Origin: Ophelia neglecta
Lineage: Eukaryota
Direction of reading: 5' to 3'
Length of the DNA stretch: 64,000 bases
NCBI GenBank assembly: GCA_965285935.1
Contig: OZ260661.1
Span: 18,786,001-18,850,000 of the forward strand
In this document: positions 12,894 through 25,070 of the stretch, piece after piece
How positions within the stretch are numbered: position 1 is the first letter of the stretch
Layout of the letters: each line of letters starts with the position of its first letter
Notes under the pieces: generated by a model
What the model saw: only the letters and a program-made list of their open reading frames with translations
Databases searched by the model: none
Told to the model about the DNA's origin: nothing
Made by a program: the position numbers and the translations under genes

Positions 12894-15800
12894 AGCAAGA
12901 AGCAAGATATGGAGAGAATACGAGCCAGGTGAAGGGGGTAGTGAACTTAACAGCAGAACTTATGTTAAATCCTCAGGACTCAAACCTGCTTCTATTATTG
13001 CATCACCAATTGTGCCCCTTGTCCGTCCACCAGTTTTGTGTACATCAACTCCACGGGAGCCCATACACCGAAGTGAACATCGTGATATGGACCCTCTCGT
13101 CAGATTGGCTAACATTCTCACTGCAAAACACAATGACTTACCTAGAATTGAACCTGAGGTATTCACAGGAGTGATATACAAATACCCCCTGTGGATCAAA
13201 TCATTCGAGACATTTATAGAGAACAAAACTGATTCACCTGCAGAACGTCTGTATTTTTTAAGTAAATATACAGGAGGTGAGGCCAAGGATGCAATACTGG
13301 GCTACCTGATATTGAGAACTGAAGATGCCTACACTGAGGCAATAAGAAAATTAGCTGAGCGCTACGGTAACGAGTTTATCATCGCTGACAGCTATAAAAG
13401 GAAAATCCAAGAATGGCCACAAATTAAGCCTAATGATGGGAAGTCCCTACGAAGTTTTGCAGATTTTCTAGAACACTGTAGAACAGCAATGAAAACTACC
13501 TGCCATCTAAGAGTCCTGGATGATGCTGATGAAAATAAAAGAATGCTCAAGAAACTGCCTCGCCCAATTGTTGATCGCTGGACACGAGTGATTGACAAAT
13601 GGCTGCATGCGCGTGAAGATACCTATGATGAGAACAGTAATATACCAATTGCACAGTACCCTCCTTTTGCTGAATTTGTCAAATTTCTTCATAAAGAAGC
13701 GCGCATTGCTTGTGGTCCCATTAACCTGAACAGTGAAGATGAGAAGAAAGAAGACACAAAGAGAGGAAAGCACATTAGACAGGGCAGTGCACGCAGTTTC
13801 GCTTCTGGCTCCGAGCAGGTTAAACAGAATCCTGGTCCAGTGGTAAGCACCCCCACCGTGCATAAACCCCCTGAACTAAGACCATGTGTGGTGTGTAATG
13901 GGCAACACTTTATAGAGTTATGTAAAGAATTTCAAAAAATGAAACTGTCCAAAAGAATGTCTTTTGTGAAGTCACACGGACTCTGTATGGGATGTCTAAA
14001 ACGAGGGCACCGAAGACGGGATTGTAGAAACAAGAAAGAATGTGAAGTATGTAAACGACTGCACCCGACGCTCCTCCATGATTATTCTTTCCAACTAGAA
14101 GAGAAGAGTTCAGACCGACAGAATAAAGTTCCTACTGACAGTACACAAAGTGTAATCCCCAATGCTACCACCCATTGTGTAGAAACCAATAACACCGCTA
14201 ACCTAGAGACAAATTGCTCTCATTCAATGATAGTACCAGTGTTATTGCACCATAAAGACAAACCAGAACACCAGTCATTAGTGTATGCTCTCCTAGACCC
14301 ACAATCAGACTCCTGCTTTATATCAGAAACAATGGCAAGACAGGTCAGAGCTGAAGGAGAACCTACATTGCTGAAACTTATTACTATGATGAGTGAAGGC
14401 ATGATAGACAGTACTGTGATTAATGGTTTGGTCGTCAGGCATTTGAATCAAGCGACAGAGATACATATGCCAAGCACATATTCCAGAGGCAGCATTCCAG
14501 CTGAACGCGGTTTAATCCCCAGACATGAGACTGTGAAACAGTGGCCCCATCTAGAGGCTATTGCTGAGCAACTGCCACCCTACTATGGTGAAGTTGAGGT
14601 GGGACTCCTGATAGGTATGAATTGCCCCAGAGCCATCAAGCCAAGAGAAGTCATACCAGGCGAGGATGAGGAACCATATGCAATGAAGACAGCCCTCGGC
14701 TGGGGAGTTGTGGGTCCAATGAACAAAATAGAAGCTGATGTTAATGTACTTACCTGTAGATATGTTAGCACTGGTGAAATCACAAAGATGTTTGAACTGG
14801 ATTTTAATGAGGTGAAATCAGAAGACAAGATGTCCATCGAAGACCACAGATTCTTAAAGAAAATTGGAGAAGGTATCCACAAAAGAGAAGATGGCCATTT
14901 TGAGACCCCTTTACCTTTGAAGAAAGAAAATATCCAGTTACCAAACAATAAGTCACTTGCTCAGAAACGACTTCATAGACTGAAAGCAAAGTTGACTAAA
15001 GATAACCAGTACCAGGCAGACTATGTGGCATTTATGCAGAATATCATAGATGAGGGTTACGCGGAGAAGGTGCCTGAAGAAGAAATAACTCTGAGCAACG
15101 GCCGGGTGTGGTATATCCCTCATCATGGGATATATCACCCGAAGAAGCCTGGTAAAATCCGAATAGTATTCGATTGCAGTGCCGAGTTTAAAGGACAGTC
15201 ACTAAACACACATCTGTTGCAAGGCCCAGACCTGGTGAATAGCCTGACAGGAGTTCTAATCCGCTTCAGACAAGAGCAAACCGCTTTTGTATGTGATATC
15301 CAAGAGATGTTTCACCAAGTAGGGGTAAACATAGAAGATCGTAATTTCCTACGATTCCTCTGGTGGGAGAAGGGCTGCCTCGACCAAGACCCCAAAGAAT
15401 ACAGAATGAAGGTCCACTTGTTTGGTGCGTCATCATCCCCAAGCTGTGTAAATTTTTCCCTAAAGACAACAGCTGATATGTATGGCGAAGAATTTAGCAA
15501 AGATGTCGCAGACTTTATTAAAAGAGATTTCTATGTGGATGACGGATTGAAATCTGTCAAGACCCCTACAGAAGCCATACAGTTGATAAATGATAGCCGA
15601 CAGCTGTGTGAAAGAGGAGGGTTTAATCTCAATAAATTCACCTCAAATGACAAGAATGTTGTCGATGCTATTCCAGTGTCATGTCGAGCGAAGAATGTCC
15701 AGAACTTTGATTTAAAACATGACAATCTACCGATGGAACGAACATTAGGCATACAATGGTGTGCAGAAACCGACACATTTCAGTTCCATGTTGACCCGAA

Positions 15801-18219
15801 AGCCAAAGCACCAACCCGAAGAGGCTTACTTTCGACCGTGAGTACAGTATTCGACCCCCTCGGATTGATATCGCCTTTTGTGCTTATGGGCAAGAGAATC
15901 CTCCAAAGTCTTTGCAGGGATGGAGCTAAATGGGATGACCCGATTCCTGACAGCACCATGGCAGAATGGGAAAAATGGAAGAGAGAATTACCCCTTCTGT
16001 CCAAACTCAGAATCCCCAGATGTCTCAAGCCAGCAAACTGTGAAGAGGTAAAGGCGGTTGAGCTACACCATTTCAGCGACGCGAGCCTCGACGGCTACGG
16101 ACAGTGCAGTTACCTGCGCCTTGTTGATAGTCATGACAATGTTACCTCATCATTGGTCATGGCAAAATCTCGAGTCACGCCGTCAAAGCCAATCACGATT
16201 GCCAGGCTTGAGCTAGCTGCAGCCGTGGTGTCAGTTAAAGTCAGTAACTTTCTACGCAACGAAATGACTGGTTTCCCTCATCTGATCGAGTATTTTTGGA
16301 CCGACAGCAAGGTCGTCCTAGGATATATTCAAAATGAATCTCGGAGATTCCACAAGTATGTGGCAAATAGGGTTGCTAAGATAAGAGAATATACCACACC
16401 TGACCAGTGGAGGTATATAGAGACTGATAGCAATCCCGCTGATACGGCGTCCAGAGGCATATCAGCTCAGGACCTGATCAACAGCCCCACCTGGTGGCAG
16501 GGGCCTGCATTTCTTTCCTCGACAGTTCCCATGGCAACCGATACTGAGATAGCCAGCCTCACACCTGATGACCCAGAAATTAAGAGAGTATCGGCCCTAG
16601 TTACTCAAGTCAAAACTGAAGGCTACGCAGATCTATTAACAAGACTGACCTACTTCTCCAGTTGGTTTCGAGCAAAGCGAGCAGTTGCCGTATGTCTGCG
16701 GTTTGTGAAGAAAATGACAGACCATACTGCAAAAAAGAACCAAAACAATAACATGGATAGCTATATTGCTGTTAATGTGAGTGAAATGAAGGAAGCTGAG
16801 CATTTCATCATAAAGATGGTACAGAAACATGCATACCCACAAGAGATAAAGACTCTTAAACTCATGAAAATCACGATTGATTTGAAAGACAGACAGGACT
16901 GTAGAAAGCGCAACCAGGCGTTGAAACAGAAGAGCTGTCTGTATAAAATTGACCCATATCTTGATCATGAGGGACTGGTACGTGTGGGAGGCAGAATTAG
17001 TCGATCTGGCCTACCGATCGATGTGATACACCCGGTGATTTTACCACGATATGGACATATTACAGAATTGGTAATCGATCACCATCACATTCGAAGCAGT
17101 CACTCTGGACGAGGGATTACCCTCAATGAAATCAGACAATCTGGCTACTGGATAGTTGCTGGGAGAAGTGCAGTGAGCAGTCACATACAGAAGTGCGTCG
17201 AGTGTAAAAGGCTACGTGGTCAACCTCAAGGACAAAAGATGGCTGATCTTCCGGTGGACAGACTAGAGATGGTTCCACCATTCACGAACAGCGGGGTGGA
17301 CTACTTCGGTCCGTTCCATGTTAAAGAGAGACGCAGCGATCTCAAGAGATGGGGAGTTATGTTTACCTGCCTCTCCTCACGAGCTGTGCACATCGAGACA
17401 GCGAACTCGTTGACGACTGATGCTTTTCTAAATGCATATCGTCGATTTGTGAACCGCAGAGGGCCAGTTAGAGTGCTACGTTGTGACCGCGGGACAAATT
17501 TTATTGGAGGTAAAAGCACCTTAGAAGCAGCTCTAGCTGAAATGAACCCAGATAAAATCAGGCAAGAATTACTAAAAAACGACTGTGATTGGGTGGATTT
17601 CAAAATGAACGTTCCCCATGCAAGCCACATGGGAGGGTCATGGGAGCGGATGATCAGATGTGCTAGGACAGCACTCTCCTCTCTCCTTGAAGCTCACTGG
17701 CAGCAATTAGACGATGAGCTATTACGAACCTTGTTAGTTGAGGTTGAGGGCATTATCAATAGCCGTCCATTGACCTGTGTCGATATGTCCTCACCTGACT
17801 CGAAGGAACCTCTATCGCCAAACCACCTTCTCACAATGAAAACCAAAGCCGTCCTGTCTCTTCCCGGCATCTTCCAGAGGGAAGACCTCTACTGCCGACA
17901 ACGATGGCGTCGCATCCAATACTTGGCTAACCAGTTCTGGTCAAGATGGCGGTCGGAGCTTCTCCCAACGTTACAGGAACGCCGGAAGTGGACTAGACAA
18001 GAAAGAAACTTACAACCGAATGACATTGTCCTCATGATTGATGAGACGGCTGCTCGTTGCGACTGGCCGCTAGCTAGGGTAGTGGAAACCTGTCCTGATG
18101 ATGAGGGCTTAGTTAGAAAAGTTAAAATCTCTGTCGGAAATTCAGAGTACGAGCGCCCCATCCACAAACTTATTCTGTTACTTACCGAGGATTCTGCAAC
18201 ACGTGCTAGTGTGGTTTAA
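12877..18219 (+). CDS. BEL/Pao Gag-Pol polyprotein
   Basis: 1780 aa; CCHC knuckles (CVVCNGQH, CMGCLKRGH, CEVCKRLH), protease YALLDPQS, RT FYVDD, RNase H HHFSDAS, integrase HHCC plus GVDYFGP / CDRGTNF / WERMI. Confidence 0.96.
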   Translation: MMAISKARSKIWREYEPGEGGSELNSRTYVKSSGLKPASIIASPIVPLVRPPVLCTSTPREPIHRSEHRDMDPLVRLANILTAKHNDLPRIEPEVFTGVIYKYPLWIKSFETFIENKTDSPAERLYFLSKYTGGEAKDAILGYLILRTEDAYTEAIRKLAERYGNEFIIADSYKRKIQEWPQIKPNDGKSLRSFADFLEHCRTAMKTTCHLRVLDDADENKRMLKKLPRPIVDRWTRVIDKWLHAREDTYDENSNIPIAQYPPFAEFVKFLHKEARIACGPINLNSEDEKKEDTKRGKHIRQGSARSFASGSEQVKQNPGPVVSTPTVHKPPELRPCVVCNGQHFIELCKEFQKMKLSKRMSFVKSHGLCMGCLKRGHRRRDCRNKKECEVCKRLHPTLLHDYSFQLEEKSSDRQNKVPTDSTQSVIPNATTHCVETNNTANLETNCSHSMIVPVLLHHKDKPEHQSLVYALLDPQSDSCFISETMARQVRAEGEPTLLKLITMMSEGMIDSTVINGLVVRHLNQATEIHMPSTYSRGSIPAERGLIPRHETVKQWPHLEAIAEQLPPYYGEVEVGLLIGMNCPRAIKPREVIPGEDEEPYAMKTALGWGVVGPMNKIEADVNVLTCRYVSTGEITKMFELDFNEVKSEDKMSIEDHRFLKKIGEGIHKREDGHFETPLPLKKENIQLPNNKSLAQKRLHRLKAKLTKDNQYQADYVAFMQNIIDEGYAEKVPEEEITLSNGRVWYIPHHGIYHPKKPGKIRIVFDCSAEFKGQSLNTHLLQGPDLVNSLTGVLIRFRQEQTAFVCDIQEMFHQVGVNIEDRNFLRFLWWEKGCLDQDPKEYRMKVHLFGASSSPSCVNFSLKTTADMYGEEFSKDVADFIKRDFYVDDGLKSVKTPTEAIQLINDSRQLCERGGFNLNKFTSNDKNVVDAIPVSCRAKNVQNFDLKHDNLPMERTLGIQWCAETDTFQFHVDPKAKAPTRRGLLSTVSTVFDPLGLISPFVLMGKRILQSLCRDGAKWDDPIPDSTMAEWEKWKRELPLLSKLRIPRCLKPANCEEVKAVELHHFSDASLDGYGQCSYLRLVDSHDNVTSSLVMAKSRVTPSKPITIARLELAAAVVSVKVSNFLRNEMTGFPHLIEYFWTDSKVVLGYIQNESRRFHKYVANRVAKIREYTTPDQWRYIETDSNPADTASRGISAQDLINSPTWWQGPAFLSSTVPMATDTEIASLTPDDPEIKRVSALVTQVKTEGYADLLTRLTYFSSWFRAKRAVAVCLRFVKKMTDHTAKKNQNNNMDSYIAVNVSEMKEAEHFIIKMVQKHAYPQEIKTLKLMKITIDLKDRQDCRKRNQALKQKSCLYKIDPYLDHEGLVRVGGRISRSGLPIDVIHPVILPRYGHITELVIDHHHIRSSHSGRGITLNEIRQSGYWIVAGRSAVSSHIQKCVECKRLRGQPQGQKMADLPVDRLEMVPPFTNSGVDYFGPFHVKERRSDLKRWGVMFTCLSSRAVHIETANSLTTDAFLNAYRRFVNRRGPVRVLRCDRGTNFIGGKSTLEAALAEMNPDKIRQELLKNDCDWVDFKMNVPHASHMGGSWERMIRCARTALSSLLEAHWQQLDDELLRTLLVEVEGIINSRPLTCVDMSSPDSKEPLSPNHLLTMKTKAVLSLPGIFQREDLYCRQRWRRIQYLANQFWSRWRSELLPTLQERRKWTRQERNLQPNDIVLMIDETAARCDWPLARVVETCPDDEGLVRKVKISVGNSEYERPIHKLILLLTEDSATRASVV

Positions 18220-18334
18220 ATATATTCTACGTTGCAACGTTAAAGTTCGTATCGATCTTATGTATGAATGGCGTACATACTTGTGTAGTAACTATACAGG
18301 AGATATAAACTTGTGTTTCAAATTTAGGGATGAC

Positions 18335-18797
18335 TGTAACTGCTGAGGTTCAGCAATATTTGTTTTTAGTTACTACTTACCTTACGCTTGGATTGTCTGC
18401 CGTCTGCGGTAGTAGTTTAGTTTCGATAACGATTCTTATGAAATACTCACCGCGTTATTGAAGGATCCCGCTGGGCGGAAGTAGAATTAGTGATGGACAT
18501 ATTTGTGTTAAGAAGAAAACACAAGTCTTCCTGAAAGTCATGATTTATCAAGAAATTGTTTAACTATTAATGATACAAAGATATGAGTCAGGCACAGAGG
18601 TATGTTGGTCATTGAATTTATATTACTGTAAGGATATGTTTGGTTTATAAAGGTTAATGCTTCGATATTGTAAACACGCTATGTAAACGCGCTATGTATA
18701 AGGTACTTTTATGTGAACATCTGTACTTAGGGTACGTTGTATTGTTTCAGTTTCACGTCAAAATTACAAAGAATAAAGATAGCTTACCGCAAGCACA
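18335..18797 (+). repeat. 3' LTR
   Basis: Direct repeat of 11731-12193, followed by TSD cttat. Confidence 0.95.
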
Positions 18798-20101
18798 CTT
18801 ATGTCAAATTTGAAATCACTCCATTCCTCTTTTCTCTTATTCAGGACAATACAATTGTGTCCTGCTAGGGGATAATGGGTACCCATGCCGGACGTACCTG
18901 ATGACTCCCTACCTCAACCCAGATGAAGACAACCAAGTGAGGTTTAATAGCTCACTGTGCAAAACCAGAGCCAGAGTGGAGCAGGTATTTGGGATCCTCA
19001 AAGCCAGATTCCAATGTCTGCAATACCTTAGAGTGAATCCTAACAGGGCCTGTAGCATCATCATTTCATGTGTGGTGCTCCATAATATTGCACGAATTAG
19101 GAAGGAGAAAGATCCTACTGTGCTGGAACATGATGATGGTGACAACTTTAACCAGATAAATTTACAGGGTACTGGAAATGCACTGGCTGATGGAAGGCGC
19201 CAAAGGCAAAGCATTAAACAGAATTATTTTGGCAACTAAAATCTTATTTCAGACATCTCATGCTTGATTCCAACATGATCAAAAATTCCATATTATTTCA
19301 GATGTACTCATAGCTATGTCAAGTGGTGCACACACTGATTTCAACTGATTTTTCTCATTAATTTTAGGAATGTGACATACCCTCTCTTGTTTGAGGCAAA
19401 TTTACTTGTGATTTGGCTACAGCTAAATGTATATGCCATTTAGATTTGTAGAACTATCAAACCGAAGAGCTTCGATTAAAGAAGGTACCGATAGCCCCCC
19501 TGCCTGGCAGTTGGCTCCAAAAGGTATAGATATAGTCAGATTAGGGTTGGTAGGCTACAGTGTTAGTGTGTTGGGCCTTGGCAGGAAACAGTGACAGGTA
19601 CAATGTACTTCTGTGAGGCTACTACATTGTATATAAGGAGGGCACTGGGGAAACTGCCCCTGTTGATTCAACAGAATAATAGTATAAATTAACTTTATAG
19701 GAAATAAATATTTCCGTTATGAGTGAGGTGAACAGCCAATTGCACCCCACAGTCATCACTTTAAAAATGACACTTAACATCTAATGATTGCACATGGACA
19801 CATTTTAGGGACACTTTAGTGGAAAATTTATCCGATATGAAGTGTTTTCAATATACATGTACTAGGGTGCCTCTTCATTTACCAATCTAGGATAATTTTC
19901 TTAAATCATGTCCCATTATATCATTATTATTCATTATTATATTATGCATTGACATCTCCTTTCATGTAAATGCTAGGGGTATAATATAATTAGTGACAAT
20001 CGCAATGTGTATATTGTCAGGTGTTTGTCTGTGCCTTATGTCCAACAGTGGGATTATAAATTTGTACATGCATATAGTATCTATCAATAATTATAAAAAT
20101 G

Positions 20102-23100
20102 TCAGGTAAACAGTGTTCTGATGTTACCTTCGCCTATTTGATTCTGTAGCTTCTTTATTTCCAACTCTGTTTTCTTCTTTTTTAGGACAAGATAATCATA
20201 GTACAGGTTATTAATGTCTTGCTGTGCGACATTTGTTCGTTTCTGGAAAATTATGATGAGATATTATACATGTGTATTCACATTGAGAGCATCTATTTGA
20301 AACAAAGTTTCTTTAAGCATTTTGCATCTCATTTTAAAATTGTACAGAACTTAACTTTAACATGTCATTTTCAAACTGTTGAGCTTGTCAGATGATGGAC
20401 TTAGGAACTATTTTTGCAAAATGTTTCATAATCTGCAGAGCAGATTCAGTGTCTCACAAATTCAAGCATACATTGCACATTAAGTACAACAGTAAAGAAA
20501 TACATTTAGTAAAAAAAAAATACATGTATATATATAGATAAAGATATATGCATCACCATATAGTGTACTACTCTTGTTACACGTTCATTAGTCAACAACC
20601 ATGTTTGCTTTGTCATTTTATAATACAGGTATGTGAAATATTACATTTTGCACTAAATGGCTTGCAGATTAACACAGGCCATAAAATTGTTGTATTTTAA
20701 AGTAATAGTCATGAAATGCTGCCAATGAATTATTGAGCTTCAATACTGAATGAGATGCTTTTACCCTGTGGATTCAAGTTACAATTGTATCAATTTCATT
20801 TTAATAAACTGTCCAATATCAGCTTACCTGTGATGGTGGAGGCCTTGTCTCACTAGTTGTGTCTGATGGTTGAAAAGGGATTTGATTCCCGCTGGTGGAG
20901 GCAGAAACTTCCAGATTATGTGATTCCTGTATAGATATTAAGTACTAAGTGAATCAAATGCCTGTTTAGGGTGAGTTTATGTTAATCCTTTTTAGGGGGG
21001 CTCTTATAACCAAAGTACCGACAATCACCAGAAACCTATGCACAACTTGTTTGCTATTTGCCTATATTGACTAAAATGTATTCTGGAATTAGCCACCTAT
21101 CAATTAAAGCAATTATACTGAACAGATTAAGAATAATGTGTCAAAGACCAATATTGTAAGCTGGCACAATAAGTCTGGCAGCATAAATCTGGCACCATAA
21201 GTTCTAGGATTTATAGTTGAGTCAAGTGTAGATATATGGGCAGCCTTAAAATGTTTGCTTTCCCAGGTTCCCTAGACTAGCTGTGTGAACAAAAATGACC
21301 TCCTTTTTTTATATTTAGATTTCATCCCCTGTTGTTATGGGAAACAAGAAGCTGGTAAAAAATTGTAAATACTTACTTCATCCCCTTCAGCATCTTGGTC
21401 ATCACCACACAAATCATCTAGAGAAACTGTCAATGGCTGAATTCGATTGTCTGTATTCAGTGAAAGGATACCATTGTCATCAACTGTAAATAATCAAAGA
21501 ACACATAATTATGCATCATACTTTCAAATGGATATCTGTCAATCTAAGGGAATAATATTAACAGACACTTTATATCAGGTAATCATTCCATTCACATGCT
21601 TACATTAAATTGGCTATTATTCTATTATTACATTTTCAAGCAAACTATTGACTAATACCACTAACTAAAAGGTGTTGCGAATAACAAAGTATAGTCACAC
21701 TGTTGCATTAAAATCAGAGTTAAATCAAATATAATTTGCCCCAGAATTAGATAAGGTGCATAAATATATGTGGACATTTTTGGACAATTTCCCTGGCAAG
21801 TGGGATTTGGAATGTGGGAAACCAAAAATATAGCACAGCAGTTAAAAAAGCAATGAGACAAAGAAATTAGCCAACTCAAATAAGCTGAGTAGAAGTTCTG
21901 AAATTTCATGGCATATTATACAGGTACTGAAGCAATAGTTACTTTGGTAGCCAAAAGATCCAAAGCAAATACCAATATGAACGTGACCCTGACTCAGACA
22001 TACATATGTGTACTTATACATAGCTTGCACTTGTACATGTATATTGTATAAATAAATATGTACTAGTAAACTCGGTAAACTTCTATCTACAATATGTGGC
22101 TTATACATCACAAATCAGCAACTTTCAATTTCAGGACATACATTGTACGATCATGTCCATGTATACAACTAATTTGTCCCTATTATTATGGAGGTTATTT
22201 TCCGTCAAAGTGACAACCTGCATATAACATTACTTTTACTATAATATTCCAGATATCACCAGTAATGCAACGTACACACCGATTACTAAATCACCCTGTG
22301 CTGCATGGTTTGTGCTGGTATGACTGTGTGAATCAATCCCTCCGCTTATGCCTTCCATGATTGGGCGTCCTTTGTTCAGACTTAATGCCAGCGATTCAGG
22401 GTCAGATAAGCTTCCTTCAGTAGGCCCCCCACCAGTCTTCTTCATTGAAGACACTTTCTTAGCAGCACTGGTAAGCACATTCCTGTGCTTGTCACGGCAC
22501 TGCTGCCATGTCCTTTTAACATTGCTGTTAGTCTGACTGAAATAAAATGAAGAGTAAATAGCTGTGCAAATGATATTCATAATTTAGTTGCCTAGCGAAG
22601 TATAAAAAACATTACAGTCAGGTCATACAGCCATTGATTATTCTGTTAAATATACACGTGAAATATTTATTTATACAAGAAATATATACTTTATTTAGTG
22701 ACACTGTTCATGGACAGGTAGTCATCATGCCAATATTTTATTCACCCACAATTGAATTATTTGGATATAATGTGCCTGTGCACAACCTCACAAATATGGT
22801 ACAGTCTCCTACCCCCCCCCCCCCCCACACACACACACACACACACTCTGAGTAAGTAATGGCAACCACGACCAACATACATGCACATGTGTGTTATATT
22901 ATTGCATCGGCCTACTATTACGTTTTACTGAGGATAAGTGTGAGGTTTTTTTGTACCCAGACATCATATGAATTAATTCCATGCCCCTTTGAAAACCTGG
23001 CCCGGCCTCGTCCAATTTGTGTACACCTACCATCATAGATAGCCTATCCTATATAAATGCATGTGGAGGCTGCTTGCTCGGGTTGTGCTTTAGCTTTATT

Positions 23101-23438
23101 TAGACATCAGAAAGTGCCAAAGTTTTTACAATTTTCAGACATGCTGTTTATTGAGTTGCATTTGCCTCTCAAAAGTTACAGGCAAAGTAATTGTTTCAGT
23201 ACTTTACAGCTCGCAGGTCTAAGTTCACTTGACAGGTAGTAGCTACTTACGCATTGATCACATTGGCGATGTCCTGCCATGCATTCTGTCTCTTCTTTTT
23301 GGCTGCCACGGTGTTGTTTTTGTTGGTTATTGTCTCTTTTAATCTCTGGTATTCTTCCAGCAAAATCCGCTGCTCATCTTCGGTGAATGGTGGGGATCTC
23401 TTTTTACCTGTATCGTCTTTTTCACCTGGCGCAGCCAT
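20102..23438 (-). CDS. Harbinger Myb/SANT-like (trihelix) DNA-binding protein, 5 exons: 23438-23251, 22536-22295, 21483-21377, 20926-20828, 20242-20102
   Basis: KKRSPPFTEDEQRILLEEY...AWQDIANVINA / KRTWQQCRDKHRN...KKTGGGP; C-terminal coiled coil YLVLKKKKTELEIKKL; junctions are GT-AG and in phase, 777 nt (258 aa). The last exon could instead splice at ~20128. Confidence 0.85.
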
Positions 23439-25070
23439 TGCGATTGAGCAGACGACTGTTTGAGGGGTGAAGGTTGTAGTGAGGACGCATGCGCACATAA
23501 TATTACTCTGGTTCCCCGCTTTCAAACGTTAGTTAGCGTGCTAGGTTAAGCACGCTAACTAAACCCAAGGTTTGGCTTCGTGAAACCGATTTAGCGTGAA
23601 GACATTTAGCACGCTAATTCTAACATGCTAACCAGCCGCTAGCTTGCTAACTTAAATCGACGTACGTGAAACAGGCCCCAGATCTATTATTGTTTTTACT
23701 ATTGCACACACTTACTCCACTTTCACAGGATGAGTGATACGGTATCGCATAGGTGAAATGGTATGGTATAAATTCCCTTGCTGCGTAATCCTGAGTCAAA
23801 TAGATAGTTTCTTAAAACATAGGTTAATTTAAAAATCAATCGCATTGATGTGATGACAGGTGGACAGCAAGTATTATCGCCTATGGATACCTTACCTGGT
23901 ACATCACAAAGCATAGCCTGGAATTGGCGCGAATGCAAAGCGGTGGACATATCGTATCATAACAAAAAAGTGATACTAATAGGAATAACATAAATTGATT
24001 TGCGTAAAGCTTCTTTACTGTCATTCCACAAATGATTAGCGGCCCTTCATATTCATTAGCCCCCTCGGTTTTCCTCAGGCGCCATTTACTATGACGGACT
24101 GCTTACCATTTGAATTGGACCACAAAAATATCGTAAAGACGTGCAAAACCATGTTATTGGTAAATTATGCTAATTTATTAAATTTTGGAACTTTCTAATC
24201 ACAAACATTTTTGGTTTTACATTGGCCCGGTTCATACAATGATTAATGGCCGTCAGCCACCAAGGAGCAGTATTTGAACAGTACACAGCAGGCCCCAGGC
24301 TCAACACCTAACGTCTGATGTTTCAATAATAGACCTTTGAACATCAATACTGTAGTACAGCTTTATGCAGGCCCTGCTGACTAACTTGTTATACTAAACA
24401 CAGGTAGCCTGTTTTTATATACTGACTTTTCGTCTACGTTAAATGGCCACATACTGTTTTATCCAATATGAAGCGTTATTTGCAATTATGACTTTTGGCC
24501 AAAACATTACCAATATAACCCCTCTCTTGGAAGATATAGACGCCCAGGAATAAATAAAATTACAAAACTCAACTAGTATAGTAGACTTGTAGAAGTCATT
24601 AGTAACTCTAAAATGTATTTTTGGGATGGGATTGATGGGATGGGGTAAGAAGAGAGGTAGATGGTAGACTATTAGGTGTTTAGCGGTATGACGTAGGAAC
24701 ACAATGTGTTGTAAACTCCTTCGCAGAAGCCTTTCTATAATGCAGCGTGGGTTCAATTTAAAGTAAGAAGGGCCACCAATTAAGGTCAAATCAAATTGCA
24801 GTAATCATATCGACCTTGGGAATATTGTTTTATATACATATTTAATTGTCTCCAAATACCCTGAGTCTTTGATAGACATAATATGATTACCTGCCCTCAC
24901 TTCCGCTCCCCTTCCCTGCACTCAGCCTCCCCTTCCCTGCTATACGTAATTTCTAAACATGTAAATGAATTGTCAACGCCCGAGTAAAGCATAAACATGT
25001 CTTAACTTAATCAAGCTGTATGTAACCGCATAGCAGTTATATGTATACAATATACATGTAGCTTCAACTG

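Larger units (their letters stand above)
11731..18797 (+). mobile_element. Full-length BEL/Pao LTR retrotransposon in intron 3 of the Harbinger transposase
   Basis: 463-bp TG...CA LTRs at 11731-12193 and 18335-18797; 5-bp TSD CTTAT; Gag-PR-RT-RH-IN domain order. Confidence 0.97.
8679..19239 (+). pseudogene. Harbinger (HARBI1-like, DDE_Tnp_4) transposase, 4 exons: 8679-9102, 9978-10384 (split by MITE 10087-10362), 10717-10828, 18845-19239
   Basis: Motifs ERYRFSR, LRFLACG, GFPNVIGAVDCTH, NRKG|YHSLNVQ, HDSRIL, LLGDNGY, RARVEQVFGILKARF, CVVLHN; GT-AG introns in consistent phase; 1059 nt (352 aa) once the MITE and one TSD are removed. Confidence 0.92.
8503..23678. mobile_element. Full-length PIF/Harbinger DNA transposon (two-gene type)
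   Basis: TIRs gggcccgtttcatgtacctcgatt (8503) and aatcgacgtacgtgaaacaggccc (ending 23678); CAG TSD at 8500-8502 and 23679-23681; encodes a DDE transposase (+) and a Myb/SANT protein (-) convergently. Confidence 0.95.

Noticed and set aside
12378-18167. Many minus-strand ORFs over the retrotransposon
   Set aside because: Antisense shadows of the long gag-pol frame
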